64,000 nucleotides of DNA from Candidatus Kapaibacterium sp. (GTDB lineage Bacteria; Bacteroidota; Ignavibacteria; Kapaibacteriales; UBA2268). The notes under the pieces are model-generated. The model was not told where the DNA came from, did no database searches, and saw only the letters and a program-made list of their open reading frames with translations. Positions within the stretch are counted from its first letter, which is position 1, and every line of letters starts with the position of its first letter. The position numbers and the translations under genes were made by a program. This document shows positions 30,012 to 40,206 of this stretch, one piece after another. The DNA is taken from assembly GCA_963665665.1 (NCBI GenBank), contig OY762428.1, positions 1,248,001-1,312,000 of the forward strand, written 5' to 3'.

Positions 30012-32507
30012 ATGACAGACGAGGAAGAATTATTATCATCATTTGATATGTCCGGGGAAAAAGAAATTGTCATACCCGAAAGATTGACAATACTGCCTTT
30101 GAGGGATATCATTATTTTTCCAAACATGATATTTCCTGTGCTGATCGGCAGGACATCGTCCTTGAAATCAGTTGCCGAAGCAGTGGAAAGAGAAAAAATG
30201 ATCTTTGTAACTGCACAAAAAAATCCGGAAATTGAAGAACCGTCCTTTGATGATATATATCGGCATGGCACTGTAGCCAAAGTTATTCAGATATTAAAAT
30301 TACCGAATAATTTACTTAAAGTTCTTGTGGACGGACTTTTCCAGGCAAGAATTAAAAGAAAACTGAAAACTAAAGATTATATGGAAGCAAAAATTGATAT
30401 TATCCCAAATATTTATGATGACAGGGATAAAGAATTAATTGCTTTTGTAAGGAATACAACAGAACTTTTCAGCGAATATATTAAAAATAACAACAGCCTG
30501 CCTCCGGACCTGGTCAGTGCTTTCGAAAATATCGATGACCCGGTTAAAAAGCTTTTCTATGCTGCAGCAAACGTTCAGACAAAAATTGAAAGAAGACAGA
30601 AATTATTAGAAATAAGAGACCTGAAAGAGCAGTATTTCGAACTGTCAACTATTTTAACGAGTGAAATCGAGCTTCTGAAACTTGAAAATGAAATTGGGGA
30701 CAAGGTTCATGACAGCATTCAGAAAACGCAGAGAAAATATTATATCCAGGAACAGATAAGATTATTACAGCAGGAACTCGGCGAGGATGAAGAAATTGCA
30801 CCCGAGCTGATTTCCATAAAAGAAGCAATAAATAATGCGAAAATGCCCGGGGAAATTCATGCTAAAGCAATGGAGGAATTTGAAAAACTCAAGAAAATTC
30901 CACAGATGTCGCCTGAATTTTCCGTTAACCGGGCTTATCTTGAACTTCTGACAGCAGTGCCCTGGCACGAACTAACTTATGACAACCTTGATATCGAACA
31001 TGTCAGGACAATACTTGATGAAGACCATTACGACCTGGAAAAACCAAAGGACAGAATTCTTGAATTTATTGCCGTTTTGAATCTTGTAAAAAATTTGAAA
31101 AGGCAGATATTATGCCTTGTGGGGCCTCCAGGTGTTGGTAAAACATCACTGGCAAGGTCGATTGCAAGAGCGCTTGGCAGAAAATTTATACGATTCTCGC
31201 TTGGAGGAGTACGAGACGAAGCAGAAATACGCGGACACAGGCGAACCTATATCGGGGCCATGCCCGGCAAAATAATCCAGTCCATGAAAAAAGCAGGTAC
31301 AATTAATCCGGTTATCCTTCTTGACGAAGTTGACAAAATGGCTATGGATTTCAGGGGAGACCCTACTTCAGCGCTGCTTGAAGTACTTGATCCCGAACAA
31401 AATGTGGCTTTTAACGACCATTATCTTGAAGTTGACTATGACCTCTCGCAGGTTATGTTCATAACAACAGCCAACGTGCGTTACGATATTCCACTGCCGC
31501 TGCAGGACAGAATGGAAATTATCGAGCTTAGCAGCTACCTGGACCCGACAAAACTGGAAATTGCAAAAAGGCATCTTATACCTAAGCTGCTTACAGAATT
31601 CGGCCTTGATAAAATGAAAATTGACTTCCAGGATGATGCTATTTTAAAAATTATCAGGGAATATACCCGCGAATCGGGAGTCAGGAATTTAGAACGCAAT
31701 ATTGCCTCGGTTCTGCGCAAGCTTGCTAAAGAAATGGTTACGGACTTCGATAAAAAACGAAAAAAACCTGAAGAGGGCGAGCAAAGAAAAGCCCTGAGGG
31801 AACTTCCCGAATTCAGGAAATCAGTAAGCCGAAGAAAATTTTTGATCAATTCAAAGAAAATCGAAGAATTCCTGAAAGCGCCTAAATTCAAGCCGGAAAA
31901 GGATGACCTGAAAGACAAGGTGGGCGTAGCAATGGGCCTTGCATGGACAAGCGTCGGGGGTTCAACACTGCCGGTGGAAATAACTATGATGCCCGGCCCG
32001 GCAAAGCTGACTCTTACAGGAAAGCTTGGCGATGTGATGAAAGAATCGGCAATGGCAGCACTATCTTATGTCAGGTCTAATTTCAGAAAGCTGAATGTAC
32101 CTGAGAACTTCCAGAAAAAAAGCGAAATACATATTCATGTTCCGGAAGGCGCCATTCCCAAGGATGGCCCGTCGGCCGGTATTACTATGACTATGGCCCT
32201 GATTTCATGCGCTTCAAAGAAGAAGCTTAAAGGCGATACGGCAATGACAGGCGAAGTTACTCTGCGCGGGAATATACTCCCGATCGGCGGACTGAACGAA
32301 AAGCTTCTTGCAGCAAAACGCCTCGGCATCAAATCGGTTCTTATTCCGATGGACAACAAAAGAGATATTGAAGATATCGACAAGGAGATCACGGATGGAC
32401 TGGAAATTATTCCGGTAAAAAATATCGAGCAAGCTTTGCCACATGCCTTCAGGAATTGGGAAGTCAAAAAACAGAGAAAAACAGCAACTAAGGCCAAATC
32501 GAAATAA
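30012..32507 (+). CDS. lon: ATP-dependent protease La
   Basis: GPPGVGKT, RGHRRTYIGAMPG, PKDGPSAG. Confidence 0.97.
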   Translation: MTDEEELLSSFDMSGEKEIVIPERLTILPLRDIIIFPNMIFPVLIGRTSSLKSVAEAVEREKMIFVTAQKNPEIEEPSFDDIYRHGTVAKVIQILKLPNNLLKVLVDGLFQARIKRKLKTKDYMEAKIDIIPNIYDDRDKELIAFVRNTTELFSEYIKNNNSLPPDLVSAFENIDDPVKKLFYAAANVQTKIERRQKLLEIRDLKEQYFELSTILTSEIELLKLENEIGDKVHDSIQKTQRKYYIQEQIRLLQQELGEDEEIAPELISIKEAINNAKMPGEIHAKAMEEFEKLKKIPQMSPEFSVNRAYLELLTAVPWHELTYDNLDIEHVRTILDEDHYDLEKPKDRILEFIAVLNLVKNLKRQILCLVGPPGVGKTSLARSIARALGRKFIRFSLGGVRDEAEIRGHRRTYIGAMPGKIIQSMKKAGTINPVILLDEVDKMAMDFRGDPTSALLEVLDPEQNVAFNDHYLEVDYDLSQVMFITTANVRYDIPLPLQDRMEIIELSSYLDPTKLEIAKRHLIPKLLTEFGLDKMKIDFQDDAILKIIREYTRESGVRNLERNIASVLRKLAKEMVTDFDKKRKKPEEGEQRKALRELPEFRKSVSRRKFLINSKKIEEFLKAPKFKPEKDDLKDKVGVAMGLAWTSVGGSTLPVEITMMPGPAKLTLTGKLGDVMKESAMAALSYVRSNFRKLNVPENFQKKSEIHIHVPEGAIPKDGPSAGITMTMALISCASKKKLKGDTAMTGEVTLRGNILPIGGLNEKLLAAKRLGIKSVLIPMDNKRDIEDIDKEITDGLEIIPVKNIEQALPHAFRNWEVKKQRKTATKAKSK

Positions 32508-32530
32508 TCATTGCAAATATATTTATATTA

Positions 32531-32560
32531 AAGCCCGGGGTTGAACATCCGGGCTTTTTT
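32531..32560 (+). terminator. Intrinsic terminator of lon
   Basis: AAGCCCGG..CCGGGCTT + T-run. Confidence 0.8.
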
Positions 32561-32659
32561 AATTATGATAATTTCTTGAATAATATCCGAACTTCAGAAA
32601 TTTAAAGTACACCCTATTAATACTTCTCCTTTACAAAAAGATAACAGCGGAGAACATTT

Positions 32660-34212
32660 CTATCCGTCATTCCCCGGCTCGTCGGGGTCAGCGGGGGACA
32701 GTGCCGTTTTTGTTCTGATGTCCCCCTCAACGATGGTGGGACCGTCAGGCCGGGGAGGATTTTCAAGTAATTCTATGCTTTAAAACCCCATTTAAAAATC
32801 TGTTTTGCAAGAGCATCCTTTTAATTGGTACGTATCTTCGAGTTGTTTTCCACCCCTGCCCTTCGGGCATCTCTCAAGAGGGGAAGTTTTATAAAATCAG
32901 CCATCCAGAAAGCGGCGTAGCCGCGACATTTTTGTAGAAAGACGAATCCGGAAAGGACAACAGCCCCGTAGGGGCGACATTGGCAAAAGATTGTGTCGCT
33001 CCTACGGAGCTTTTAATAATCGCAATGTAAACATTATCTACAAAAATTCCGCTCCTACGGAGCTTTTTCCCTTCTTCCGAAGAATGTGGCCGGGGTGAAG
33101 CAGGAAGGGGCGGAGATAAAGCACCAATGGTCGACACTATTGAACCAATGTTTTGCTTTATTGCTGCCTTGTTTTACTTCAAAACCCTCTCCTTCGGGGA
33201 GGGTTTGGGAGGGGTCAGAGGTATTGAGGTCTTGTTTGCACCTATTGCACCGATGTTTGAAGATAATGACGCCTTGGTTGAAGTTATTGATGCCTTTGTC
33301 GGAGTCATTGACGCCTTGGTCGAAGTCATTGATGCCTTGGTTGAAGATAATGACGCCTTGGTCGGAGTCATTGATGCCTTGGTCGAAGTCATTGCTGCCT
33401 TGGTCGAAGTCATTGCTGCCTTGGTCGAAGTCATTGCTGCCTTGGTCGAAGTCATTGCCGCCTTGGTTGAAGTCATTGATGCCTTGGTTGGAGTTATTGC
33501 TGCCTTGTTTGAAGATAATGAGTAACCTCAATAAGGTCAAACAAGTCCTCAATAAGGCTAAACAAGTCCTCAGTAAAGTCAAACAAGTCCTCAATAAGGC
33601 TAAACAAGTCCTCAATAAGGCTAAACAAGTCCTCAGTAAGGCTAAACAAGTCCTCAGTAAAGTCAAACAAGTCCTCAATAAGGCCAAACAAGACCTCAAT
33701 AAGGTCAACCAAGACCTCAATAAGGTCAAACAAGTCCTCAGTAAAGTCAAACAAGACCTCAGTAAGGTCAACCAAGTCCTCAGTAAAGTCAAACAAGTCC
33801 TCAATGAGGCCAAATTTCACTACAATAAGGCCAAACAGTAGTTCAATACCACCGGCCAAGGCGGTATAAAGCCCTGCCAAAAAAGCAATTAGCCCAAACA
33901 TCAGGATTCTGGTTCAAAACAGCGTTGAAATAAGGAAATTATCCGATTCATTGATACCACAGGATGGGGAATTAAGTCCGGCGGTTGGTTCATTGGGGTG
34001 GAAGAACGGGGGGAGAGGGCCGGAGAAGGAAGTATTATGTTGTCATTCTGACGGAGCGAACCGACCGAAGAATCCATGCAAAATAGCAGATAATTTATAA
34101 AGAATGGATTCTTCGCTGGCGCTCAGAATGACCTTCCGGCCTTATAATCGTCAAATTCAATAGCCAGGTGCTTTAGCTCGTGGATAAGGGCGTAACGTCC
34201 GGATGAAAGGCT
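32660..34212. mobile_element. Composite foldback repeat island, copy 2 (arrays fused directly head-to-head)
   Basis: Left array 33223-33516 (14 units), dyad 33517-33532, right array 33527-33841 (15 units), 144-bp block 33867-34010, REP-like palindromes on both sides. Confidence 0.8.
32911..33064. repeat. REPIN-like element with four GTAG-containing palindromic half-sites
   Basis: AGCGGCGTAGCCGCGAC, AGCCCCGTAGGGGCGAC and two inverted CGCTCCTACGGAGCT; TTTTTGTAGA/TCTACAAAAA pair. Confidence 0.75.
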
Positions 34213-34216
34213 ATTT

Positions 34217-34252
34217 AAAAAAAACGTCCGGCACTTTAAAAGTATCGGACGT
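34217..34252 (-). terminator. Terminator of qmo operon (ACGTCCG-N15-CGGACGT)
   Basis: 29-bp dyad preceded by an A-run, 30 bp past the stop. Confidence 0.7.
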
Positions 34253-34282
34253 CTGAATATAAGTGAATTCTATTAATTCATT

Positions 34283-36622
34283 CTACCAGTAAATACCTTC
34301 AAGGTTCAGCTTGCGGCTGTCGTTGAACATTTCCTTGTCTTCGGTGCTTGTGAATGAAGAGGAAATTTCATTATATGCCTTGGCGGCCCACTGCGCGTCG
34401 TTGAAAATAGTTACAATGCCTTCGGCCCATGTAAGTTTGTCGACGGGAGTTTTCAGGGCGGATTTAGCGCTGCTGTACACTTCTTTGACTTTAGTCCTTC
34501 TTATGCCGAGTTCCCTAAGCCTTACGGCCAGGTTGTAAAGCATTTCTCCGCTTTCACAAAGCGAGGCAGCTTCTTTGTAGTATTTCATGGCATTGGCGTC
34601 GTCTTCAAGCTTGCAGTAAATACTTCCCACGTAGCCCTTTGTCATGAAGTCGCCTTTTTCGGCAGCAAGGTTAAGCAGTTCAAGTGTTTTATCCTTGTTT
34701 TCCAGGGCGTTGTATATTATACGTGCCAGCCTGGTAAAGTCATAAGGATCGGCGGTTTCGTCAGCTTTCAGTTTTTCTTCGAACATTGCAGTAAATTTCT
34801 CGACAAGAGATTTAGATTTATTTTTATCTTTGATCTCATCGAAAGTAATATTCACGAGGTCTTCGAGTTGGAACATAAACCTGACTTTGTTTTCAGCCAT
34901 AAAGTCAAGAATCCTGATTACCCATTCCTTATCGGATAAATACTTATTAATAGCTTTGATAAGTTTCTGATATTTTTTCGGGTCGAACATGGTATCGGCA
35001 AGAAGAGTTTCAGCCTTATCAAGAAGCTTTATGCAATAGTATTTATCATCAAGGGCTTCCATCATTTCTTCATTGATATCAAGGTAATCCTTCAGCGTCA
35101 GTGCATGGTCCTCACGTTTCTGAAATTCCTTGTAAATATCCTGGTTGGCTTCGCGTTTCTGATATTTCTCATCCACGCGGGCAGCCCAGTCAGCATCGTC
35201 GGCAAAATGATTTTTAACTGAATCAACAACCTTTTTCATTTCTTCAAGGGTTGTTACGTTTTCTTCGGCGGCTGTAATGATAGTTTTTGCGTAATCTTTA
35301 TCAGCAATCACTTCAATCACTTTTTCGCCTATCTGAAGCATCTCGGGAGAATTAGCAGCTATCTTTTCTACGCTTTCAAGGATTGAACGGCAAAAATCTT
35401 TATCGCCGAGTTGTTTGTCTACTTCGCCGAGCAATTCGATATACTGCGTGAATTTCTTACAGTTATCCTGAGATTTCTGATAGATTGTTTTAGCATAGGC
35501 TTTATCGTCAAGGTTTTTAATAATATCGCCTGCCAGAATCATCAGTTCTTTCGGATCTGTAATGCTTTCTTCAGCGCGTTTGTAAATTTCAAGGGCATAG
35601 TCCTTGTCCTTCACATCGTCGATAACGGCCTGTGCCAGCATTGTCAGGTCTTTAGCACCGGACATTTTGCTTTCTGCCCTGGCATAGAATTTCTTTGCAA
35701 GTTCAAGGTCCTGCATCTCGGTAGCAATATTCTTAGCAAATTCGAGAAGCTGTGCCTTGTCGCTGATATCGTTCATGCCTTTTTCATAAGCTTCCGATGC
35801 AGCTTCTTTGTTTTTAAGAAGGTCCCAGTAGCCTTTAGCCAGGTCGATATTTTCTTCACCGGACATAGCGAAGTCGGCAGCCTGCTCCATAAGCTCTTCG
35901 GCTTTTTCTTTATCATCGCAATATTTGATAAATCCGGTAGCGAGGAACACATATTCTTTTGTGAACTGGGCTTCGTCTTCAACGTCTTCGAGCAGTTCGG
36001 CAATCCATTCTTTATCGCCAAAGAGTTCATTGATGGAAGAACAGAGCCCGAAAGTTTCTTCAATTCCGTCAACCTTGTTTTCAGCTTTTTTAAAGAATGC
36101 CTTAGCTGTTTCCTTATCGTTCTGTTCTTCGATAAGGGATTTTGCCAGATTTTTATAATCGTCTAACGTTTTGCACTGTTCTTCAACTTTACCCATCAGT
36201 TCTTTTGCTTTATCCTCATCTCCGAGGTCGGACTGAACATACTGGGATATTGTAAGGAATTCTGCAATTTTTGATGCACTGTCAGCTGCCTGTTCGAGCA
36301 ATTCTTCTGCTTTTTCTTTATCGTCAAGAAGGGTAGCATAGCCATGGCCTACAACGGCATATTCCATAGCTTCGAAACAACCGTCTTCGCCTTCTTCCAG
36401 CATATCGCCGGCATAGTCCTTGTCATCAAGGCCCGTGGCATAGACTTCCGCGATTTTCACATAATCTGCCGGGAATTGGCAGTCGCCTTCGGCATTATCT
36501 AAGAGTTCCCTGGCATAGTCCTGGTCCGCGGGTTCCTGCGTTGCTTCCATGGCAAGCTGCGCCATTTCGGCAACAGTTGTGCATTCAGCTTCGCGTGCCT
36601 CAAGATCAGCTCTTGTTGCCAT
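34283..36622 (-). CDS. Acidic alpha-helical repeat protein (about 36-aa repeats), unknown function
   Basis: Recurrent D-K-x-(Y/W/K)-A-x-x-(L/I) units; GGAG Shine-Dalgarno; co-oriented downstream of qmoB. Confidence 0.85.
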   Translation of the reverse strand: MATRADLEAREAECTTVAEMAQLAMEATQEPADQDYARELLDNAEGDCQFPADYVKIAEVYATGLDDKDYAGDMLEEGEDGCFEAMEYAVVGHGYATLLDDKEKAEELLEQAADSASKIAEFLTISQYVQSDLGDEDKAKELMGKVEEQCKTLDDYKNLAKSLIEEQNDKETAKAFFKKAENKVDGIEETFGLCSSINELFGDKEWIAELLEDVEDEAQFTKEYVFLATGFIKYCDDKEKAEELMEQAADFAMSGEENIDLAKGYWDLLKNKEAASEAYEKGMNDISDKAQLLEFAKNIATEMQDLELAKKFYARAESKMSGAKDLTMLAQAVIDDVKDKDYALEIYKRAEESITDPKELMILAGDIIKNLDDKAYAKTIYQKSQDNCKKFTQYIELLGEVDKQLGDKDFCRSILESVEKIAANSPEMLQIGEKVIEVIADKDYAKTIITAAEENVTTLEEMKKVVDSVKNHFADDADWAARVDEKYQKREANQDIYKEFQKREDHALTLKDYLDINEEMMEALDDKYYCIKLLDKAETLLADTMFDPKKYQKLIKAINKYLSDKEWVIRILDFMAENKVRFMFQLEDLVNITFDEIKDKNKSKSLVEKFTAMFEEKLKADETADPYDFTRLARIIYNALENKDKTLELLNLAAEKGDFMTKGYVGSIYCKLEDDANAMKYYKEAASLCESGEMLYNLAVRLRELGIRRTKVKEVYSSAKSALKTPVDKLTWAEGIVTIFNDAQWAAKAYNEISSSFTSTEDKEMFNDSRKLNLEGIYW

Positions 36623-36665
36623 ATTTCACTCCTGTATATTATTATATTAATTTTCAGTATAATCT

Positions 36666-36685
36666 GGCTCCCGAAACCGGGAGCC
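36666..36685. other. Intergenic GC hairpin GGCTCCCG-AAAC-CGGGAGCC
   Basis: Perfect 8-bp stem between qmoB and the repeat gene, no clear U-tail on -. Confidence 0.6.
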
Positions 36686-36698
36686 GCTTTAATCATAA

Positions 36699-38936
36699 TT
36701 ACATTTCTTTATACGGGTTGGGACCGACTTCATCAATAGTTTCAGCGAAGTTATTGATAATATCCGGCAGCTTGTGATACTCATCGATGGCAAGCATGTG
36801 GAGTTCAACCCTTTCAGGTTCAAGAACAAGCTGTTTCAGTTTTTCCTGAACATTTTCCATTCTCTTGTTAGCAAGCATACTGCCGTGAATAAAGTGGCAC
36901 TGGTAATCGTCGCCGTACTTACAGCCGAACAGGATAACGCCATCGAAACCTGCTGAAAGTGAATCTGCTATCCAGCTTGTATTCACCGAACCAAGGCAGC
37001 GCACCGGGATGATCCTGATATTCGGGGTTATCTGTGCCCTGCTTTTTGCAATAGTGTCCAGTGACGGATAGGCATCGTTCTCGCACATGAAGCAGAGAAT
37101 CCTTGGTGTGGCTTCTCCGTCATCTTCTTCCGTAGGTACGTAAATCGATTTGATCATATTGGAGATCATGCGCACGGAGTAGTTCTTGAAGCTGATGATC
37201 CTTTCCGGACATGCCCCCATACAGATACCGCAGCGACGGCAGCGAGTCGGGTTGGGTTTTGGAGTTCCTTTGGCATCTTCATCAAGTGTGCCAAAGGGGC
37301 ATTCCTCGGTACAGCGTTTACACTGTGTACATCTTTGCAGGAAGAAGTCCGGGAATGAAGTATCGCCCGAACGCGGATGAACTGCCTGGCCCTGTTTTGC
37401 ATTTTCGATAATCTGGATAGCTTTCAGTGCTGCACCGTAGGCATCGTTCTTTGCTGTCATGATATCCATTGGGGCCCTTACCGTACCGGCTGCATATACA
37501 CCTGTCCTCCTTGTTTCGTATGGGAAGCAAATATAGTGTGAATCAGGGAACCCATATTTCAATGTCGGTAGGTCTGTTCCCTGCCTGTATGTAAGCTGTA
37601 GTATCTGAGCTCCTGCTTCAGCCCCTGCGGCGGCTTTTTTGCCGTCTTCAAGTTCAGCTTCGTCAGCAGCCTGGCCGTTACCGTTTTCTTCAACTTTCGT
37701 GGATGGAACCATACCTGTTGCCAGAACAACCAGGTCAGCACTAATTGAAATATTTTCGCCAATCAGGGTGTCGTCAACATCAACTGTTATTTCGCCGTTT
37801 TCATTCTCCGCTATATTGGCAATTTCACCCTTGGTAAGGAATATATTATCGGCTGCCTGCACTCTTTTGTAGAATGATTCGTACTGCGCCGGTGTACGCA
37901 TATCTTTATAGATCACAAAAATTCTTGCATCAGGATATTTTTCCCTTACATAAAGGGATTGCTTCAGCGAAGTCATACAGCAGAAACCCGAGCAGTATGG
38001 CAGGTGGTTTTCATCCCTGGAACCGGCGCACTGGACGAATACAACAGTTTTAATATTGCTATCGTCAGATGGTTTTTTGATAACGCCGTTCTTTGCCATT
38101 TCCTCAAGTTCAATATTGGTTACCACGTTCTTCATCTCGCCGTAACCGAGGTGGCCGAGTTTATTAGCGTCGTAAGGTTTCCAGCCTGTTGCCTGAACAA
38201 TAGCACCAACCTGGAATTCAATATTACTACCTTTATGTTCGGCTGTAATATCATACATACCGGGAGCACCATCGGTTTTCTTTATCGTGGTATTCAGGAG
38301 AACCTGGATATTCTTGTCAGATTTAACTTCTGCAATCAGTTCTTCGCTGCGGTTGGGCTGGAGGTCGAGATAAGGTTCGCCGAATGGAGTTGTTTTATAA
38401 AGTTTATTATAAAAGCCGCCAAGCTTATCTTCTTTTTCAACAAGTATAACGTGGTAATCAGCTTTGGAAGCTGCAATAGCGGCATTCATACCTGCCACAC
38501 CGCCGCCAACAACCATCACGGTTTCATTAATATCAAGTTCCAATGGTTCGGGATATTCCATCACATTAACTTTGGCAAGGCCCATTTTCATGTAGTCAAG
38601 AGCCATGTTGTATGTGTTAATATCGCCTGCTTCGTGCATCCAGGCAACCTGTTCACGCAGGTTCACCCTGTCCAGCATTACATGTTTGTCGAATCTGAAA
38701 AGCTCTGTATGGTATCGTGGAGAACTTGCGCCAATAACAACAGCGTTAAGGCCGTTTTCTGCAATATCTTTTTTAACTTCTTCCACACCGGCTTTTGTAC
38801 AAAGGTTTTCCATAACTTTTACAAGAGCCACGTTTTCCTGGCCGGCGAGGTCTTCTTTCAGCTTTTCGCAGTCAACAGCCTCGCCTATACCGAATGCAGA
38901 GCAAATATATAATCCTACTTTTCTTTCATCAGCCAT
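36699..38936 (-). CDS. qmoB: QmoB-like HdrA-family flavoprotein with ferredoxin and MvhD/FlpD domains
   Basis: VVGGGVAG, QCAGSRD..YCS..CC, GFPDSHYICFPYETRRTG, CTQCKRCTEECP, CRRCGICMGACP, CENDAYP, GCKYGDDYQCHF. Confidence 0.88.
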   Translation of the reverse strand: MADERKVGLYICSAFGIGEAVDCEKLKEDLAGQENVALVKVMENLCTKAGVEEVKKDIAENGLNAVVIGASSPRYHTELFRFDKHVMLDRVNLREQVAWMHEAGDINTYNMALDYMKMGLAKVNVMEYPEPLELDINETVMVVGGGVAGMNAAIAASKADYHVILVEKEDKLGGFYNKLYKTTPFGEPYLDLQPNRSEELIAEVKSDKNIQVLLNTTIKKTDGAPGMYDITAEHKGSNIEFQVGAIVQATGWKPYDANKLGHLGYGEMKNVVTNIELEEMAKNGVIKKPSDDSNIKTVVFVQCAGSRDENHLPYCSGFCCMTSLKQSLYVREKYPDARIFVIYKDMRTPAQYESFYKRVQAADNIFLTKGEIANIAENENGEITVDVDDTLIGENISISADLVVLATGMVPSTKVEENGNGQAADEAELEDGKKAAAGAEAGAQILQLTYRQGTDLPTLKYGFPDSHYICFPYETRRTGVYAAGTVRAPMDIMTAKNDAYGAALKAIQIIENAKQGQAVHPRSGDTSFPDFFLQRCTQCKRCTEECPFGTLDEDAKGTPKPNPTRCRRCGICMGACPERIISFKNYSVRMISNMIKSIYVPTEEDDGEATPRILCFMCENDAYPSLDTIAKSRAQITPNIRIIPVRCLGSVNTSWIADSLSAGFDGVILFGCKYGDDYQCHFIHGSMLANKRMENVQEKLKQLVLEPERVELHMLAIDEYHKLPDIINNFAETIDEVGPNPYKEM

Positions 38937-38937
38937 T

Positions 38938-40206
38938 TTATTTGCTCCTCTTAATAATATGAATAGCTTTCATGGCAGCACCGGTTGATTCCTGAACAAC
39001 ACCGGCAACATCTTTCGGGCGTGTACATACGCCGCACCCGATAATTCCGTCTTTAATATCCGTTCTTACAAAACCGCACCTGTCCAGAAGTTCAGGATTG
39101 AATTCGGCAATTTTCTGTGTGCGCGGTTTCATACCTGTGGCAAGAACTACAAGGTCAACGTCAAGCTGGTTCAGTTCGCCGGCAATAGTATCTTCGGCTT
39201 CAACTGTCAACTTGTCGGAACCGTGTTCTTTGAAGACTTTAGCAACTTTACCGCGGTGGAAGAATAATTTCTCATCTTCTTTGGTATCATTGTAGAAATC
39301 TTCAAAAATTCCATAAGACCGAATATCAATATAAAATATATGTACTTCCGCTTCGGGAAGCTGTTCGCGTATATAACGAGCCTGTTTCAGCGATGCAAGG
39401 CAGCATATCGAAGAGCAGTATTCCAGGTGGTTTTCATCCCTGGAGCCTGCGCACTGCACAAATGCCACACTTTTTATTTCTTTATCCATACCCGGAACCT
39501 GTATCTTTCCTTCAGTAGGTCCGTTAGGTGCGGCGAGCCTTTCAAGCTCAACGTTGGTGATTACATCCGGGTTGTTCTTATAGCCAAGAAGTTCAAGCTT
39601 ATTTGCATCATAAGGATCCCAACCGGCAGCCCAAATAACTGATTTAGCAGTAAAGACTTTGGTTTCCGGTTTCTGTGCCAGGTCAAGGCAGTCAGTAAAT
39701 TTTTCCCCGAGTTCGTCAAGCTTATCTGCCGGGCAGGCAGATTTGTCGAATACATATTTCATGGGGAAAGCATTGTTGTAGGGCATATACATTATTTTTG
39801 ATTTATTCAGCCCGTAGTTAAAATCATCATCTTTTGTGAACTCAATTTCGGAAGCTACTTTCTCGCACAGGTCTTCCGGGGCTTCATCCCGAATATAGCG
39901 CGGTGTTATCTTAACTGTAACTTCATAATTTCCGGGTTCGCCCTTAATACTTTCAACTTCCGTAAGTGTATAAAGAGTTATTCTCGGGTTTTCTTTCAGC
40001 CTTTTTGTGTTGATCTCCAGGCCGCAAGTCGGGGGACATAATTTTGGGAAATACTGGTTTAGCTGTGCAACGCGCCCTCCGATGAAGGGATTCTTTTCGA
40101 TCAGGGTAACATTGAACCCTGTTTCGGCTGTTTCAAGCGCTGCTGATAAACCGGAAATTCCCGCCCCCACTACCAGAACGTCGGTTGCGATGGTTTTTTT
40201 TTCCAT
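38938..40206 (-). CDS. qmoA: QmoA-like HdrA-family flavoprotein
   Basis: LVVGAGISG, YFPKLCPPTCGLEIN, QCAGSRD..YCSSICC; about 420 aa; abuts qmoB. Confidence 0.88.
   Translation of the reverse strand: MEKKTIATDVLVVGAGISGLSAALETAETGFNVTLIEKNPFIGGRVAQLNQYFPKLCPPTCGLEINTKRLKENPRITLYTLTEVESIKGEPGNYEVTVKITPRYIRDEAPEDLCEKVASEIEFTKDDDFNYGLNKSKIMYMPYNNAFPMKYVFDKSACPADKLDELGEKFTDCLDLAQKPETKVFTAKSVIWAAGWDPYDANKLELLGYKNNPDVITNVELERLAAPNGPTEGKIQVPGMDKEIKSVAFVQCAGSRDENHLEYCSSICCLASLKQARYIREQLPEAEVHIFYIDIRSYGIFEDFYNDTKEDEKLFFHRGKVAKVFKEHGSDKLTVEAEDTIAGELNQLDVDLVVLATGMKPRTQKIAEFNPELLDRCGFVRTDIKDGIIGCGVCTRPKDVAGVVQESTGAAMKAIHIIKRSK

Noticed and set aside
32795-32820. IS-like end TTTTGCAAGAGCATC
   Set aside because: Degenerate, with no partner end and no transposase.
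33055-33901. Long ORFs in up to five frames (also 43891-44923)
   Set aside because: Repeat artefacts; not called as CDS. Only the heptad frame is kept as a hypothesis.
37959-38912. Long antisense ORFs over qmoB (also 35411-36166, 25539-26135, 15470-16015, 17608-18150)
   Set aside because: Antisense shadows of well-supported genes.
34283-40206. Horizontal acquisition of the qmo operon suggested by more C-ending codons
   Set aside because: The same bias appears in 56067-58070 and could reflect high expression; cannot be separated without computation.
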